In this document: positions 35,698-45,317 of the stretch, piece after piece
Position numbering within the stretch: the first letter of the stretch is position 1
Layout of the letters: every line of letters starts with the position of its first letter
Origin: an uncultured Opitutaceae bacterium
Lineage (GTDB): Bacteria > Verrucomicrobiota > Verrucomicrobiia > Opitutales > Opitutaceae
DNA: 64,000 bases
Assembly (NCBI GenBank): GCA_964509885.1
Contig: CAZDZL010000004.1
Coordinates: forward strand, 12,167-76,166
Direction: 5' to 3'
Notes under the pieces: model-generated
Told to the model about the DNA's origin: nothing
The model's database searches: none
What the model saw: the letters and a program-made list of their open reading frames with translations, nothing else
Made by a program: the position numbers and the translations under genes

Positions 35698-38097
35698 GTG
35701 GAACATCTCGTCCCAGCGGAATCCCGGTCATTGCGCCAACGCTCGTCGCTGGTCCTCGCGGGGCTTTGTTGCATGTTCCTTGCGGTCCAAAGCGCGCGCG
35801 CGCAGCTCGTCTGGACGGGTGCGGGGGCCAACGCCAACTGGAGCACGGCAGGAAACTGGAACTCGGGCGTCCCGAGTTTGACGGTGGGGAGCACCCAGAC
35901 CCTGGACTTCACCGGGACTACCGGCCTCACGTCCACGATGAACAACAGCTACTCCGTGGGCTCGCTGACCTTCGACTCGGCCGCCGGGGCGTTTGCGATT
36001 GGCCTCGGCGCCAAGGTGCTCACGTTCGACGGCGCGACGCCGTCGATTCTCCAGCAGTCCGCCAACGGCGAGGCGATCAGCTCCGGCACGATCTCGTTCG
36101 CCTCCGACACCGTCGTCGACGTCACGGGGGCGGGGCTCCTGGCCATCTCGTCGAAGCTGAGCGGGACGGGCGCCCTCACCTTCCAGGGGGGAGGCAACCT
36201 GTCGCTGTCGGGCGCGGGCACCGCGTACAGCGGGAACGTGACGGTCGCCTCCGGGATGCTTCAGGTCTCCACGAGCAACACCGTCCTCGGCACGGGGACG
36301 ACCACGGTGGACACCGGCGCCATGCTGCAGATCACCGACGGCCGCAACCTCGGGAACGCGATGACCCTCGCGGGCTCCGGCATCGCCGGGGCCGGGGCCG
36401 TCCAGAGCTCGGGGGCCGGGACGGCGACGCTCTCGGGCGCGCTGACGCTCAGCGGGGGCACCACCCTGGACTCCGAGGGCACGCTGAAGGTGACGGGCGG
36501 GGTCTCGGGCTCGGGCACGAACCTCATACTGAACGGGGGGGGCGGATTCACGGTAAGCAGCGCGATCGCCACGGGATCCGGCGGCGTCACGATCAACGCC
36601 CTGGGCACCACGGCCTTCTCCGGCGCGAACACCTACACCGGGCTGACCACGGTCAACGCCGGGACGCTCAACCTGAGCTCCAACATCAACGGCGACATGG
36701 CGATCTACGGCGGCATCGTTGTCGACAAGGTCTCGGGGCAGTTCGCGGGCACGTCCAACCTCATCATCAACGGCGGGGAGTTCAACCTGAGCAACAAGAC
36801 GGAGTCGATAGGCAGCCTATCCGGGTCGTCCGCGGGCGCGGGGATCCTGGCGCTCGGCTCCGGCACGCTCACGGACTCGCAGTCCTCGGTCACCTCGTTC
36901 GACGGCACCCTCACGGGGACGGGCACGCTGGCCATGCAGGGGACCGGCGAACTCGACCTGGTTTCCTCAAACTCGGGCTACACAGGCAAGTTCACCCTCA
37001 GCAGCGGGACCATCAACGCGTCCGCCGTGGATGCGACCGGCACGGGCACCGTCACCGTTTCCAGCCTCGGGAACTTCCAGGTGGAGGGGGGCGTCTCCCT
37101 CTCCAGCAAGTTCAACGTGTCCAACCTCGGCGGGGCGACGAACAACGGGGCCATCGAGAACGTGTCCGGCAGCAACTCGATCTCCGGCGCTCTGACCGTC
37201 TCCGGGGCCTCGCGGATCCAGTCGGACTCGGGGACGCTGACGTTCGGCGGGACCACGGCGCTGGCGGGCAACAGCCTCAACGTGGGGGGCAGCGGCAACA
37301 CCGCGTTCGGCGGCGCCATCACCGGGACCGCGGCGAGCTCCATCACCAAGGACGGATCGGGGACCATGTCCCTGGGCGCGGCCAGCGCGGCGTTCCTGGG
37401 CACCGTGGCGATCAACGGCGGCACGCTCCAGCTGACGGTCGCCAACGCCTTCAAGAACACGGCCGCAATCACGTTCACCTCGGGCAGCGTCCTCGACCTC
37501 TTCGGCACGAGCCAGGCGATCGGCACACTCAACGGGGCGGGCACCGTGGCCTTCGGGAGCGGCGGGGCGCTCACGCTCACCTCCGGCACCGACCTTCTGA
37601 GCGGCGCGTTCACGGGCTCCGGCACGCTCACCCTCTTGGCCGGCACCACGCTCACGCTCGGGGCCAACTTCAACGACGCTAACCTGAACATCGTGCTCGC
37701 GGGGGGCACCCTCAAGCTGAACGGGACCCAGGACACGTTCGGGAACCTGAGCGTCACCGCCAACTCGATCATCGATTTCGCCAACCCCTCGACCAGCATC
37801 ATCAGCGTGAACGGCGTGTCCCTCACGGGGACGTCCCAGCTCTCCGTCACCAACTGGGCCAACACGGTCGACTATTTCTACAGCAACACGAGCCCCGGGA
37901 CGCAGGGAACGGCCCCCATAGACCAGATCATCTTCACCGGGTTTGCGGGCAGCCAGACCCACTGGAACACGTCGCCGTCGGGCCCCGACTCGCTCAACGA
38001 GATCAGCCCCATCCCCGAGGCCCGCACGTACGGCGCCCTCATGGTGGGGGCGGCGCTCCTGGCGATCCTCGCCGCGCGCAGGCAGGTCCGGCCCTGA
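35698..38097 (+). CDS. PEP-CTERM-anchored autotransporter-associated beta-strand repeat protein
   Basis: Signal peptide ..LVLAGLCCMFLAVQSARAQ. Dozens of Gly/Thr/Ser-rich about 30-aa repeats (W.G...W.....NW, GAGTLTLSG..). C-terminal PEARTYGALMVGAALLAILAARRQ sorting signal. The start (GTG 35698) is uncertain. Confidence 0.85.
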   Translation: MEHLVPAESRSLRQRSSLVLAGLCCMFLAVQSARAQLVWTGAGANANWSTAGNWNSGVPSLTVGSTQTLDFTGTTGLTSTMNNSYSVGSLTFDSAAGAFAIGLGAKVLTFDGATPSILQQSANGEAISSGTISFASDTVVDVTGAGLLAISSKLSGTGALTFQGGGNLSLSGAGTAYSGNVTVASGMLQVSTSNTVLGTGTTTVDTGAMLQITDGRNLGNAMTLAGSGIAGAGAVQSSGAGTATLSGALTLSGGTTLDSEGTLKVTGGVSGSGTNLILNGGGGFTVSSAIATGSGGVTINALGTTAFSGANTYTGLTTVNAGTLNLSSNINGDMAIYGGIVVDKVSGQFAGTSNLIINGGEFNLSNKTESIGSLSGSSAGAGILALGSGTLTDSQSSVTSFDGTLTGTGTLAMQGTGELDLVSSNSGYTGKFTLSSGTINASAVDATGTGTVTVSSLGNFQVEGGVSLSSKFNVSNLGGATNNGAIENVSGSNSISGALTVSGASRIQSDSGTLTFGGTTALAGNSLNVGGSGNTAFGGAITGTAASSITKDGSGTMSLGAASAAFLGTVAINGGTLQLTVANAFKNTAAITFTSGSVLDLFGTSQAIGTLNGAGTVAFGSGGALTLTSGTDLLSGAFTGSGTLTLLAGTTLTLGANFNDANLNIVLAGGTLKLNGTQDTFGNLSVTANSIIDFANPSTSIISVNGVSLTGTSQLSVTNWANTVDYFYSNTSPGTQGTAPIDQIIFTGFAGSQTHWNTSPSGPDSLNEISPIPEARTYGALMVGAALLAILAARRQVRP

Positions 38098-38182
38098 CAA
38101 GCGCCGGGCCATGGAACCGTTTCCTCAGGGGGGACACTGTGAGCCTGCACAGGCAGGCAACTCAACAGCAACCCCGATTCCC

Positions 38183-38299
38183 ATGCATCTCATCCTTCCC
38201 CTCGCAGCAGCCGGATACTCGCTCGTGTACCTCCTCGCCGGCGGCGGCCTGGGCGGCGCCGTCGTGATCTTCATCGTCGCGAAGCTCCTCGGAAAGTAG
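38183..38299 (+). CDS. possible 38-aa membrane peptide
   Basis: ATG at 38183. Hydrophobic Gly-rich sequence MHLILPLAAAGYSLVYLLAGGGLGGAVVIFIVAKLLGK. GC-rich third positions. No other support. Confidence 0.35.
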   Translation: MHLILPLAAAGYSLVYLLAGGGLGGAVVIFIVAKLLGK

Positions 38300-38312
38300 C
38301 GGCGCCCCGCCC

Positions 38313-39281
38313 TCAGGCGCGGCGCCGGCGCAGGAAACTCGCGATCTCAGCGGCCGTCGGCATGGACGGCGCCGTGCCGAACCGGGTCACGGAGAGGGCG
38401 GCGACCGCGTTGCCGTGCCGCGCGGCGGCCACGATGTCGCCCCCGGACCGGACGAACCCGGCCGCGAAGCCGCCCACAAACGCGTCGCCCGCCCCCGTCG
38501 TGTCGACGACCCTGAGGCCCCTGTGCCCGGCGACGGCCGTCCACGTGCCGTCCGCGAGCGACACGAGGCAGCCCCTTCGCCCCAGGGTGACGATCACGGT
38601 TGGGACGCCCAGGGCCCGGCAGAGGCGGTGGAGGTCCGCGCCGCCCATGGCGTCGAGCGCGGAGGCGGCCAGCCGGCCGCGGGTGAGCGCGGCGCATCCC
38701 GGCAGCCTGTTCGCGAGGGCGAGGAACTCGGACTCGTTCGGGACCAGCACGTCCGTGAGGCCCAGTATGCCCGGGTCAAAGTCGTCGCGCATCGGCGCGG
38801 GGTTGAGGAGGGTTGTCACGCCCGCCCTGCGCGCCATCCGGAAAACGTGCGCGTTGACCGGGAGGTTGGCCTCATGCTGGCAGACCACGATCCTCGCGCC
38901 GCGCACCAGGGCGGGATCGACGTCGGCCGGGCGCAGGCGCTCGCTGGCCCCGAGGGCGACGATGATCTCGTTCTCCCCGGCGGCGTTCACGATGATAGCC
39001 GCGGTGCCGGTCGCATGCGCCCGCTTGACAGCAAAGCGCGCGCCGATGCCCTCGGCCGCGTAGAACCTCCGCGCCCCGTCGGCGAAGACGTCGTCGCCCA
39101 CGGCGCCGATGAACACGGTGGGAGCGCCCGCGCGGCCCGAGGCCACGGCCTGGTTGGAGCCCTTGCCCCCGGGGCCCGTGACGAAGGTGCCGATCAGCGT
39201 CTCCCCGACCCGCGGGAATTGGGGGCACTTCCACGTGAGGTCCTGGACGAAGCTGCCGACGACGACGACGCTCGGTTTCAT
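38313..39281 (-). CDS. rbsK: ribokinase / PfkB-family sugar kinase
   Basis: VVVVGSFVQDL, GGKGSNQAVA and DTTGAGDAFVGGF motifs. Met at 39281. Confidence 0.85.
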   Translation of the reverse strand: MKPSVVVVGSFVQDLTWKCPQFPRVGETLIGTFVTGPGGKGSNQAVASGRAGAPTVFIGAVGDDVFADGARRFYAAEGIGARFAVKRAHATGTAAIIVNAAGENEIIVALGASERLRPADVDPALVRGARIVVCQHEANLPVNAHVFRMARRAGVTTLLNPAPMRDDFDPGILGLTDVLVPNESEFLALANRLPGCAALTRGRLAASALDAMGGADLHRLCRALGVPTVIVTLGRRGCLVSLADGTWTAVAGHRGLRVVDTTGAGDAFVGGFAAGFVRSGGDIVAAARHGNAVAALSVTRFGTAPSMPTAAEIASFLRRRRA

Positions 39282-39390
39282 GCCGGGACAGCTTTCACAG
39301 CGCGGGGTCCGCGACAACACCCGAGCGGCCGGCGCCCCCGCCCTGAAAAGTTTGAATCCGCCGGCGGCGCCCTCCAGTATCCTGCGCCCC

Positions 39391-40980
39391 ATGAACCCCT
39401 TTCACGGCCCGGCGCCCAGTTTCCCCTGGATGTTCCTGCGCGGCTCGCTCCCCTGGATCGGACTCCTGATGTGCGCCGCGGTCGGCACGCTCCGGGCGGC
39501 GCCGGAGCCCGACCCTGTCGTGGGCGTGACCGGGGGCCTGGTCCGGGGAAGGCTCCTGCCTGGAGGCGCCGGGGCAGTCTACAGGGGGATCCCGTTCGCC
39601 CAGCCCCCGGTCGGGGAGCTGCGCTGGCGCGAGCCCATGCCCGTCGTTCCGTGGCCGGGCACCCGCGAGGCTGACCGCTCGGGTCCCCCGGCCGCGCAGC
39701 CCCCGCTCGGCTGGAACGACCGCTCCGCCGCGGCCAGCAGCGAGGACTGCCTCTATCTCGACGTCTGGGCTCCCGCGAAGGCCGCCGGCGCGCTGCCCGT
39801 CATGGTCTGGATCCACGGGGGAGGCAACGTGGCCGGCGCCGGTGGGTTCGACACCCTCTATGACGGGAGGGCGCTCATCGCCCGAGGGGTCGTCCTGGTC
39901 GTGATCGAGTACCGCCTCGGCGTCTTTGGGTTCCTCTCCCACCCCGCGCTGACGCGGGAGTCGCCGCACCACGCCTCCGGCAACTACGGCATCCTGGACC
40001 AGGTCGCGGCGCTGCAATGGGTCCGCGGCAACATCGCGGCGTTCGGCGGCGATCCCGGGAACGTCACGGTCTTCGGGCAGTCGGCGGGTGCCGAGGACAT
40101 CCTCGCCCTGATGGCCACGCCCCTCTCCGCGGGACTCTTCCACCGTGCGATCTCGGAGAGCGGCCCCCTGCCCCCCACGAGCCCCGCTCTCGCCGAGGCC
40201 GAGAAGGCCGGGGTCACCGCGCTCGGGAAGCTGGAGGGGCCCCCTGACAGGGACCTCGCGTACCTGCGCTCCGTGCCGGCCGGCGACCTCCTCAAGTCCG
40301 TGCAAGGGACAAGCGCCTTCACCGTAGACGGCTGGGTCTTCCCCGTGTCGCCGCTAGAGGTCTGGAAGTCGGGCCGGGAGCACGCCGTGCCCCTGATCCT
40401 CGGAAGCTGCGCCGTGGAGTTCCCGTTCGACGGCCCCCCCGAGGCCCTCGCCAAATCCTTCCGCGACATCTTCGGGAGCCTGGCTCCGCGGGCGATGGCG
40501 CTCTACGGCCTGGACGGGAAGCCGGCGGCTTCCGACCCCCTCTACGGCAGCGGCATGGACCAATGGGGCAGCGACCTCTTCCGGTGCATCCCGATCCTCC
40601 TCGGCGAGTGGCACGCCTCGCGGGGGATCGCCTCGTGGGAATACGAGTTTGCCCGGGCCATCCCGCCCAACGCCCGTGTAGCCCACTCCGACGACCTGCC
40701 CTACGTCTTCGGGAACCTCCTCGAGGGCGGAAGCAAGGGCGGCAAGTTCCGGGCCGAGGACCACGCGCTCTCGGGGACGATCCAGGGCTACTGGACGAAC
40801 TTCGCGAAGACCGGCAACCCGAACGGCGCGGGCCTGCCCGCGTGGGAGAAGCACGACGCCGCCGGGAGGAGGTACCTCGCCTTCACGACCGAGGCCGCGG
40901 TGGCCGCCCGGGAGAACGAGCGGGGGCCCTTCTGCGACCTGTTCCGCGAGGCCCTGGCCGGCCCGGGGGCCGCTCGCTGA
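39391..40980 (+). CDS. secreted carboxylesterase, type B family
   Basis: Signal peptide. GIPFAQPPVGELRW, EDCLYLDVW, WIHGGG, and nucleophile elbow FGQSAGA. Confidence 0.9.
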   Translation: MNPFHGPAPSFPWMFLRGSLPWIGLLMCAAVGTLRAAPEPDPVVGVTGGLVRGRLLPGGAGAVYRGIPFAQPPVGELRWREPMPVVPWPGTREADRSGPPAAQPPLGWNDRSAAASSEDCLYLDVWAPAKAAGALPVMVWIHGGGNVAGAGGFDTLYDGRALIARGVVLVVIEYRLGVFGFLSHPALTRESPHHASGNYGILDQVAALQWVRGNIAAFGGDPGNVTVFGQSAGAEDILALMATPLSAGLFHRAISESGPLPPTSPALAEAEKAGVTALGKLEGPPDRDLAYLRSVPAGDLLKSVQGTSAFTVDGWVFPVSPLEVWKSGREHAVPLILGSCAVEFPFDGPPEALAKSFRDIFGSLAPRAMALYGLDGKPAASDPLYGSGMDQWGSDLFRCIPILLGEWHASRGIASWEYEFARAIPPNARVAHSDDLPYVFGNLLEGGSKGGKFRAEDHALSGTIQGYWTNFAKTGNPNGAGLPAWEKHDAAGRRYLAFTTEAAVAARENERGPFCDLFREALAGPGAAR

Positions 40981-40986
40981 CGCCCC

Positions 40987-42063
40987 ATGAGCACCCCTCG
41001 CCTCCTCTCCTGCGCCCTCGGGATTGCTGTGATCCTTCCCGCGCTCGGCGCCGGCGCCTCCTTCGTCCCGGCCTCCGATCCCCACATTCGCTACGACGGC
41101 CGGTTCGACTTCAGCCAGCCCGCGCACCCGGTCGCGATCTGGGAGGCGAGCACGATCGCCGTGGACTTCGAGGGGGACCGGGCCGCGGTGCGGTTCGGCA
41201 GGGTCACCGGGCAGGTGTTCTTCAACGCGGCCGTGGACGGGGTGGGCACGGTCGTCGCCCTCGCGGAGGGGGCCCCCGCCAAGGCCGCGGCGCTTCCCGT
41301 CCGCGGCCCCGGCCCCCACCACCTCGTGCTCTTCAAGCGGACCGAGGCGAGCGCGGGGACGGCCGTGTTCGAGGGGCTCGAGGTCGCGGCGGGCGCGCGG
41401 GTCTCCACGCCGGCCCTCCCCTCCTACCGCATGAGGATGGAATTCTTCGGCGACTCGATCACGGCCGGGGCGTGCGACGAGGACGGGCCCAAGGACCAGT
41501 GGGAGGACCGCAGCACGCACAACGCGGCGCAGAGCTACGCCGCGCTGACGGCGGCGGCCTTCTCGGCCGACTACCGCAACACCTCGATCAGCGGGATCGG
41601 GCTGGCCGCGGGATATGACGACGTCCTCATGGGCCAGGTGTGGGACAGGACATACCCCGAGGCGTCGTCGCCCAGGGCGGACCTCGCCGCGTGGGTCCCC
41701 GACGTCGCCCTGGTGCTCCTGGGCGACAACGACGACTCCTATCCCCGTTCCAAGCACCTGCCCTTCCCCGCGGACTTCGACGGGAAATACGCCTCGCTCA
41801 TCCATGCGATCCGCGCCGCCTATCCCAGGGCCCGCATCGTCCTGCTGAACGGGGGAATGTGGGCCGGGACGAACAGCAGGGAGCTGGGTGCGGCCTGGGC
41901 GAAGGTGGTGTCCCGCCTTGAGTCCGCGGATCCCGCCATCAGCGACTACACCTTCGCGCACTGGACGGACAACCACCCCAGGATCGCGGACCACCGGGCG
42001 CTGGCCGACGAGCTGGACGCATGGCTCATGAGGCAGCCGTTCATGGACGCGGGAAGGGGCTAG
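40987..42063 (+). CDS. SGNH/GDSL hydrolase with N-terminal beta-sandwich (CE2-like esterase)
   Basis: Signal peptide. GDSITAG block I, GDND block, C-terminal D..H region. Confidence 0.8.
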   Translation: MSTPRLLSCALGIAVILPALGAGASFVPASDPHIRYDGRFDFSQPAHPVAIWEASTIAVDFEGDRAAVRFGRVTGQVFFNAAVDGVGTVVALAEGAPAKAAALPVRGPGPHHLVLFKRTEASAGTAVFEGLEVAAGARVSTPALPSYRMRMEFFGDSITAGACDEDGPKDQWEDRSTHNAAQSYAALTAAAFSADYRNTSISGIGLAAGYDDVLMGQVWDRTYPEASSPRADLAAWVPDVALVLLGDNDDSYPRSKHLPFPADFDGKYASLIHAIRAAYPRARIVLLNGGMWAGTNSRELGAAWAKVVSRLESADPAISDYTFAHWTDNHPRIADHRALADELDAWLMRQPFMDAGRG

Positions 42064-42166
42064 GGCCGCGCCCGGCCCGGGCGCGAAAACGGGTAGATTC
42101 TGCCATGCCCCGTTTCTTGCATTCCCGCCGGGATGCGCTCATCTCTTTTTCATCACGACCCCACTG

Positions 42167-45100
42167 ATGACGCTGCGCATTTGGCCGGTCCTAGGGCTGT
42201 TCACCGCCGCACTGGCCGGCGCGGCCCCGGCGCAGGCGCCCCTTCCGGCCGCCGTGCAGTTCAACCGCGACGTGCGGCCGATCATGGCGAACACCTGCTT
42301 CAAGTGCCACGGGCCCGACCTGAAGGCAAACAAGGCGGACCTTCGCCTCGACCTGCCCGAGAACGCCCGCATGGCGCGCAAGGACAAGACCGGCCGGGTC
42401 AGCACGCCGATCGTCCCGGGCAAGCCCGAGGCGTCCGAGGTCTGGCGGCGCGTGAGCTCCGCGGACGCGACGCAGGCGATGCCGCCCCCCGACTCGCTGC
42501 ACCTGCTCTCGGCCCGGGACAAGGAGGTCATCCGGCGCTGGATCGAGCAGGGCGCCGTCTACGAGCCGCACTGGGCCTACATCGCCCCGAGGAAGGCCGA
42601 GCCCCCGGCAGGGATCGCAGCGGCCAACCCGGTGGACCGCTTCGTCCTGCGCGAGCTCCGGGAGCGCGGCATCTCCCCCTCCCCCGAGGCCGACCGCCGC
42701 ACGCTGATCCGGCGGCTCAGCCTGGACCTGGTCGGGCTCCCGCCCACGGTCGCGGAGACCGAGGCCTATGTCGCGGACAGCCAGCCGGGCGCCTACGAGC
42801 GCCTTGTCGACAGGCTCCTCGCCTCGCCGCACTACGGCGAGCGGATGGCGGTCGCGTGGCTCGACCTCGCGCGGTTCGCGGACACCGTGGGGTTCCACGG
42901 CGACCAGCTTTACAACAACTTCCCGTACCGCGACTACGTGATCGACAGCTTCAACCGCAACGAGCCGTTCGACCAGTTCACGCGGGAGCAGATCGCCGGC
43001 GACCTCCTGCCGAACGCCACGGACGCGCAGCGGACCGCGAGCGGCTTCAACCGGCTGAACATGGTGACGCGCGAGGGCGGCGCGCAGCCCAAGGAGTACA
43101 TCGCAAAGTACGCCGCGGACCGCGTCCGCACGGTCTCCACGACCTGGCTCGGTTCCACGATGGGCTGCTGCGAGTGCCACGACCACAAGTATGACCCGTT
43201 CAAGTCGCGGGACTTCTACGCGATGGGCGCCTTCTTCGCGGACATCAAGCAGTGGGGCGTCTACCAGAACTACGACTACACGCCCGAGCCCGAGCTCAAG
43301 GGATTCACGAACGACTCCCCCTTCCCGCCGGAGATCGAGGTCGACAGCCCCTACCTCAGGGAGCGGGGGGCCCGGCTTAAGAGGGAGTGCGCGGACATGG
43401 TGGAGCGGACGGCGAAGGCCATCGCCGCCGCCCCCGCCGAGGCGGCCGCCGCCCGCGAATGGGCCGCAAGGGCCGCGGTCGGCGCGGCGACGGTGCCCGG
43501 CGGCTGGTCGGTCCTGCCGATCGCCGAGGCCAAGCCGAGGAAATTCGGCACGGTCACGGTCCTTCCGGACCAGAGCGCCCGCTTCGCGCGGAGCCCGGAC
43601 ATGAAGCCCAACAGCTCGGACGACGGGCTCATTGTGACCGTGGCGGTCCCGGCGGGGCCCGTGGCGAGGATCCGCCTGGAGGTCCTTCCCGACGAGGCCT
43701 ACGGCGGGAGGGTCACCTGCAACGGCGACGAGGCGTTCACGCTGACCTTTGACGCGACGCTCCAGCACGACGGGCAGTACGAGCCCGAGCCCGTCAACAT
43801 CTCGGACGGCTACCCCTCCCAGCCGGCGAACAGCTACGTGAACGGGCAGTTCCAGACCTCCATTCCCGGCAGCTGGACCTCGACGCGCGACTTCGCGCGA
43901 AAGGCCCAGACCATGGACTACGTCCTCGCGCCTCCGCTCGGCTTCCGCGCGGGGGACCGGCTGGTCGCCCGCATCACGAGCGAGAACGTCGCCCGTGTGC
44001 GGCTCTCGGTGTCGCCCATCGGCCTCAGGGTCCCCGGCGCCCTCCCGGACGACGAGGTCGCCGAGGCCCTCGCCGCGAAGGACCCCACGCCGGGGCAGAT
44101 GGAGCGGATCGCTGCGGAATACTTCAAGGGCACGGGGATCGGCCACCCCTACGAGTTCGGGGTGATCCTGGACGACGTGCGGCAGATCGCGGCGTGCCGC
44201 GACGGCCGCGTGTTCACGACCGTGACGGTCGCCGCGACCCCGCGCGTGACGCGCGTCCTCGCCCGCGGCAACTGGCAGGACGAGTCCGGGGAGGTCGTGG
44301 ACCCCTCGCCCCCGCGCTTCCTCGTCCCGGCGAGCGCGTCGCCCGCGCGGGGCGCCCCGCGCCAGACCCGGCTCGACCTCGCGAACTGGATCGTGTCGCG
44401 CGGCAACCCGCTCACCGCTCGGGCCTTCGTCAACCGGCTGTGGAGGCAGTTCTTCGGCACGGGGCTCTCGTCCATCGTCGACGACCTGGGCACACAGGGC
44501 GAGTACCCGAGCCACCCCGAGCTGCTCGACTGGCTCGCGGTCGACTTCATGGAGCGCGGATGGGACGTGAAGGCGATGGTGCGGACGATCGTGACCTCGT
44601 CGACGTACAGGCAGAGCTCGACCTACCGGGCGGACCTGGCGGAGGTGGACCCCAACAACCGGCTCCTGGCCCGGCAGTCGCCCCGGCGCCTCGAGGCCGA
44701 GTTCGTCCGCGACAACGCGCTGTTCGCCTCGGGGCTCATCAGCCTGGACATGGGCGGGCCGAGCGTGCACCCGTACCAGCCCGCGGGCTACTACTCCGCC
44801 CTGCAGTTCCCGGACCGGGACTACCTCGCCGAGTCCGACGAGCGCCAGTACCGGCGCGGCCTCTACATCCACTGGCAGCGCACCTTCCTGCATCCCATGC
44901 TCGCCAACTTCGACGCCCCCTCCCGCGAGGAATGCACGGCGTCGCGCAACATCTCGAGCACCCCCCAACAGGCGCTCACGCTCCTGAACGACCCCACGTT
45001 CGTGGAGGCCGCCCGGGCGCTCGCCGAGCAGTCCCTCGCGGCCCATGCCGGGGGCGACTTCAGGGCCGGCCTCGACGAGGCCTTCAGGCGCCTCCTCGCC

Positions 45101-45310
45101 CGCCCGCCGACCGGGCGCGAGAGCGAGTCGCTCGAGTCGTTCTACAAGGGCCAGCTGGCCTACTACGCCGGCAAGCCCGACGAGGCCCTGAAGGCCATCT
45201 CCGTCGGCAACCACGCGCAGACGGGCGTCGTGGAGCCGGCCGCGCTCGCGGCGTGGACGTCGGTCGCCCGCGTCCTGCTGAACTTGAACGAGACGATCGT
45301 GCGCTACTGA
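42167..45310 (+). CDS. PSCyt1 + DUF1549 (PSCyt2) + DUF1553 (PSD1) protein
   Basis: Signal peptide. Planctomycete cytochrome c motif CFKCHGPD. NPVDRFVLREL (DUF1549). CCECHDHKYDP and a C-terminal DUF1553-like region. Confidence 0.9.
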   Translation: MTLRIWPVLGLFTAALAGAAPAQAPLPAAVQFNRDVRPIMANTCFKCHGPDLKANKADLRLDLPENARMARKDKTGRVSTPIVPGKPEASEVWRRVSSADATQAMPPPDSLHLLSARDKEVIRRWIEQGAVYEPHWAYIAPRKAEPPAGIAAANPVDRFVLRELRERGISPSPEADRRTLIRRLSLDLVGLPPTVAETEAYVADSQPGAYERLVDRLLASPHYGERMAVAWLDLARFADTVGFHGDQLYNNFPYRDYVIDSFNRNEPFDQFTREQIAGDLLPNATDAQRTASGFNRLNMVTREGGAQPKEYIAKYAADRVRTVSTTWLGSTMGCCECHDHKYDPFKSRDFYAMGAFFADIKQWGVYQNYDYTPEPELKGFTNDSPFPPEIEVDSPYLRERGARLKRECADMVERTAKAIAAAPAEAAAAREWAARAAVGAATVPGGWSVLPIAEAKPRKFGTVTVLPDQSARFARSPDMKPNSSDDGLIVTVAVPAGPVARIRLEVLPDEAYGGRVTCNGDEAFTLTFDATLQHDGQYEPEPVNISDGYPSQPANSYVNGQFQTSIPGSWTSTRDFARKAQTMDYVLAPPLGFRAGDRLVARITSENVARVRLSVSPIGLRVPGALPDDEVAEALAAKDPTPGQMERIAAEYFKGTGIGHPYEFGVILDDVRQIAACRDGRVFTTVTVAATPRVTRVLARGNWQDESGEVVDPSPPRFLVPASASPARGAPRQTRLDLANWIVSRGNPLTARAFVNRLWRQFFGTGLSSIVDDLGTQGEYPSHPELLDWLAVDFMERGWDVKAMVRTIVTSSTYRQSSTYRADLAEVDPNNRLLARQSPRRLEAEFVRDNALFASGLISLDMGGPSVHPYQPAGYYSALQFPDRDYLAESDERQYRRGLYIHWQRTFLHPMLANFDAPSREECTASRNISSTPQQALTLLNDPTFVEAARALAEQSLAAHAGGDFRAGLDEAFRRLLARPPTGRESESLESFYKGQLAYYAGKPDEALKAISVGNHAQTGVVEPAALAAWTSVARVLLNLNETIVRY

Positions 45311-45317
45311 AGGCCCC

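Noticed and set aside
42064-42090. GC-rich palindrome CGCGCCCGG-C-CCGGGCGCG just after the SGNH hydrolase stop, as a possible terminator.
   Set aside because: There is no T-tract on either strand and essentially no loop, so it cannot be distinguished from a chance GC palindrome.
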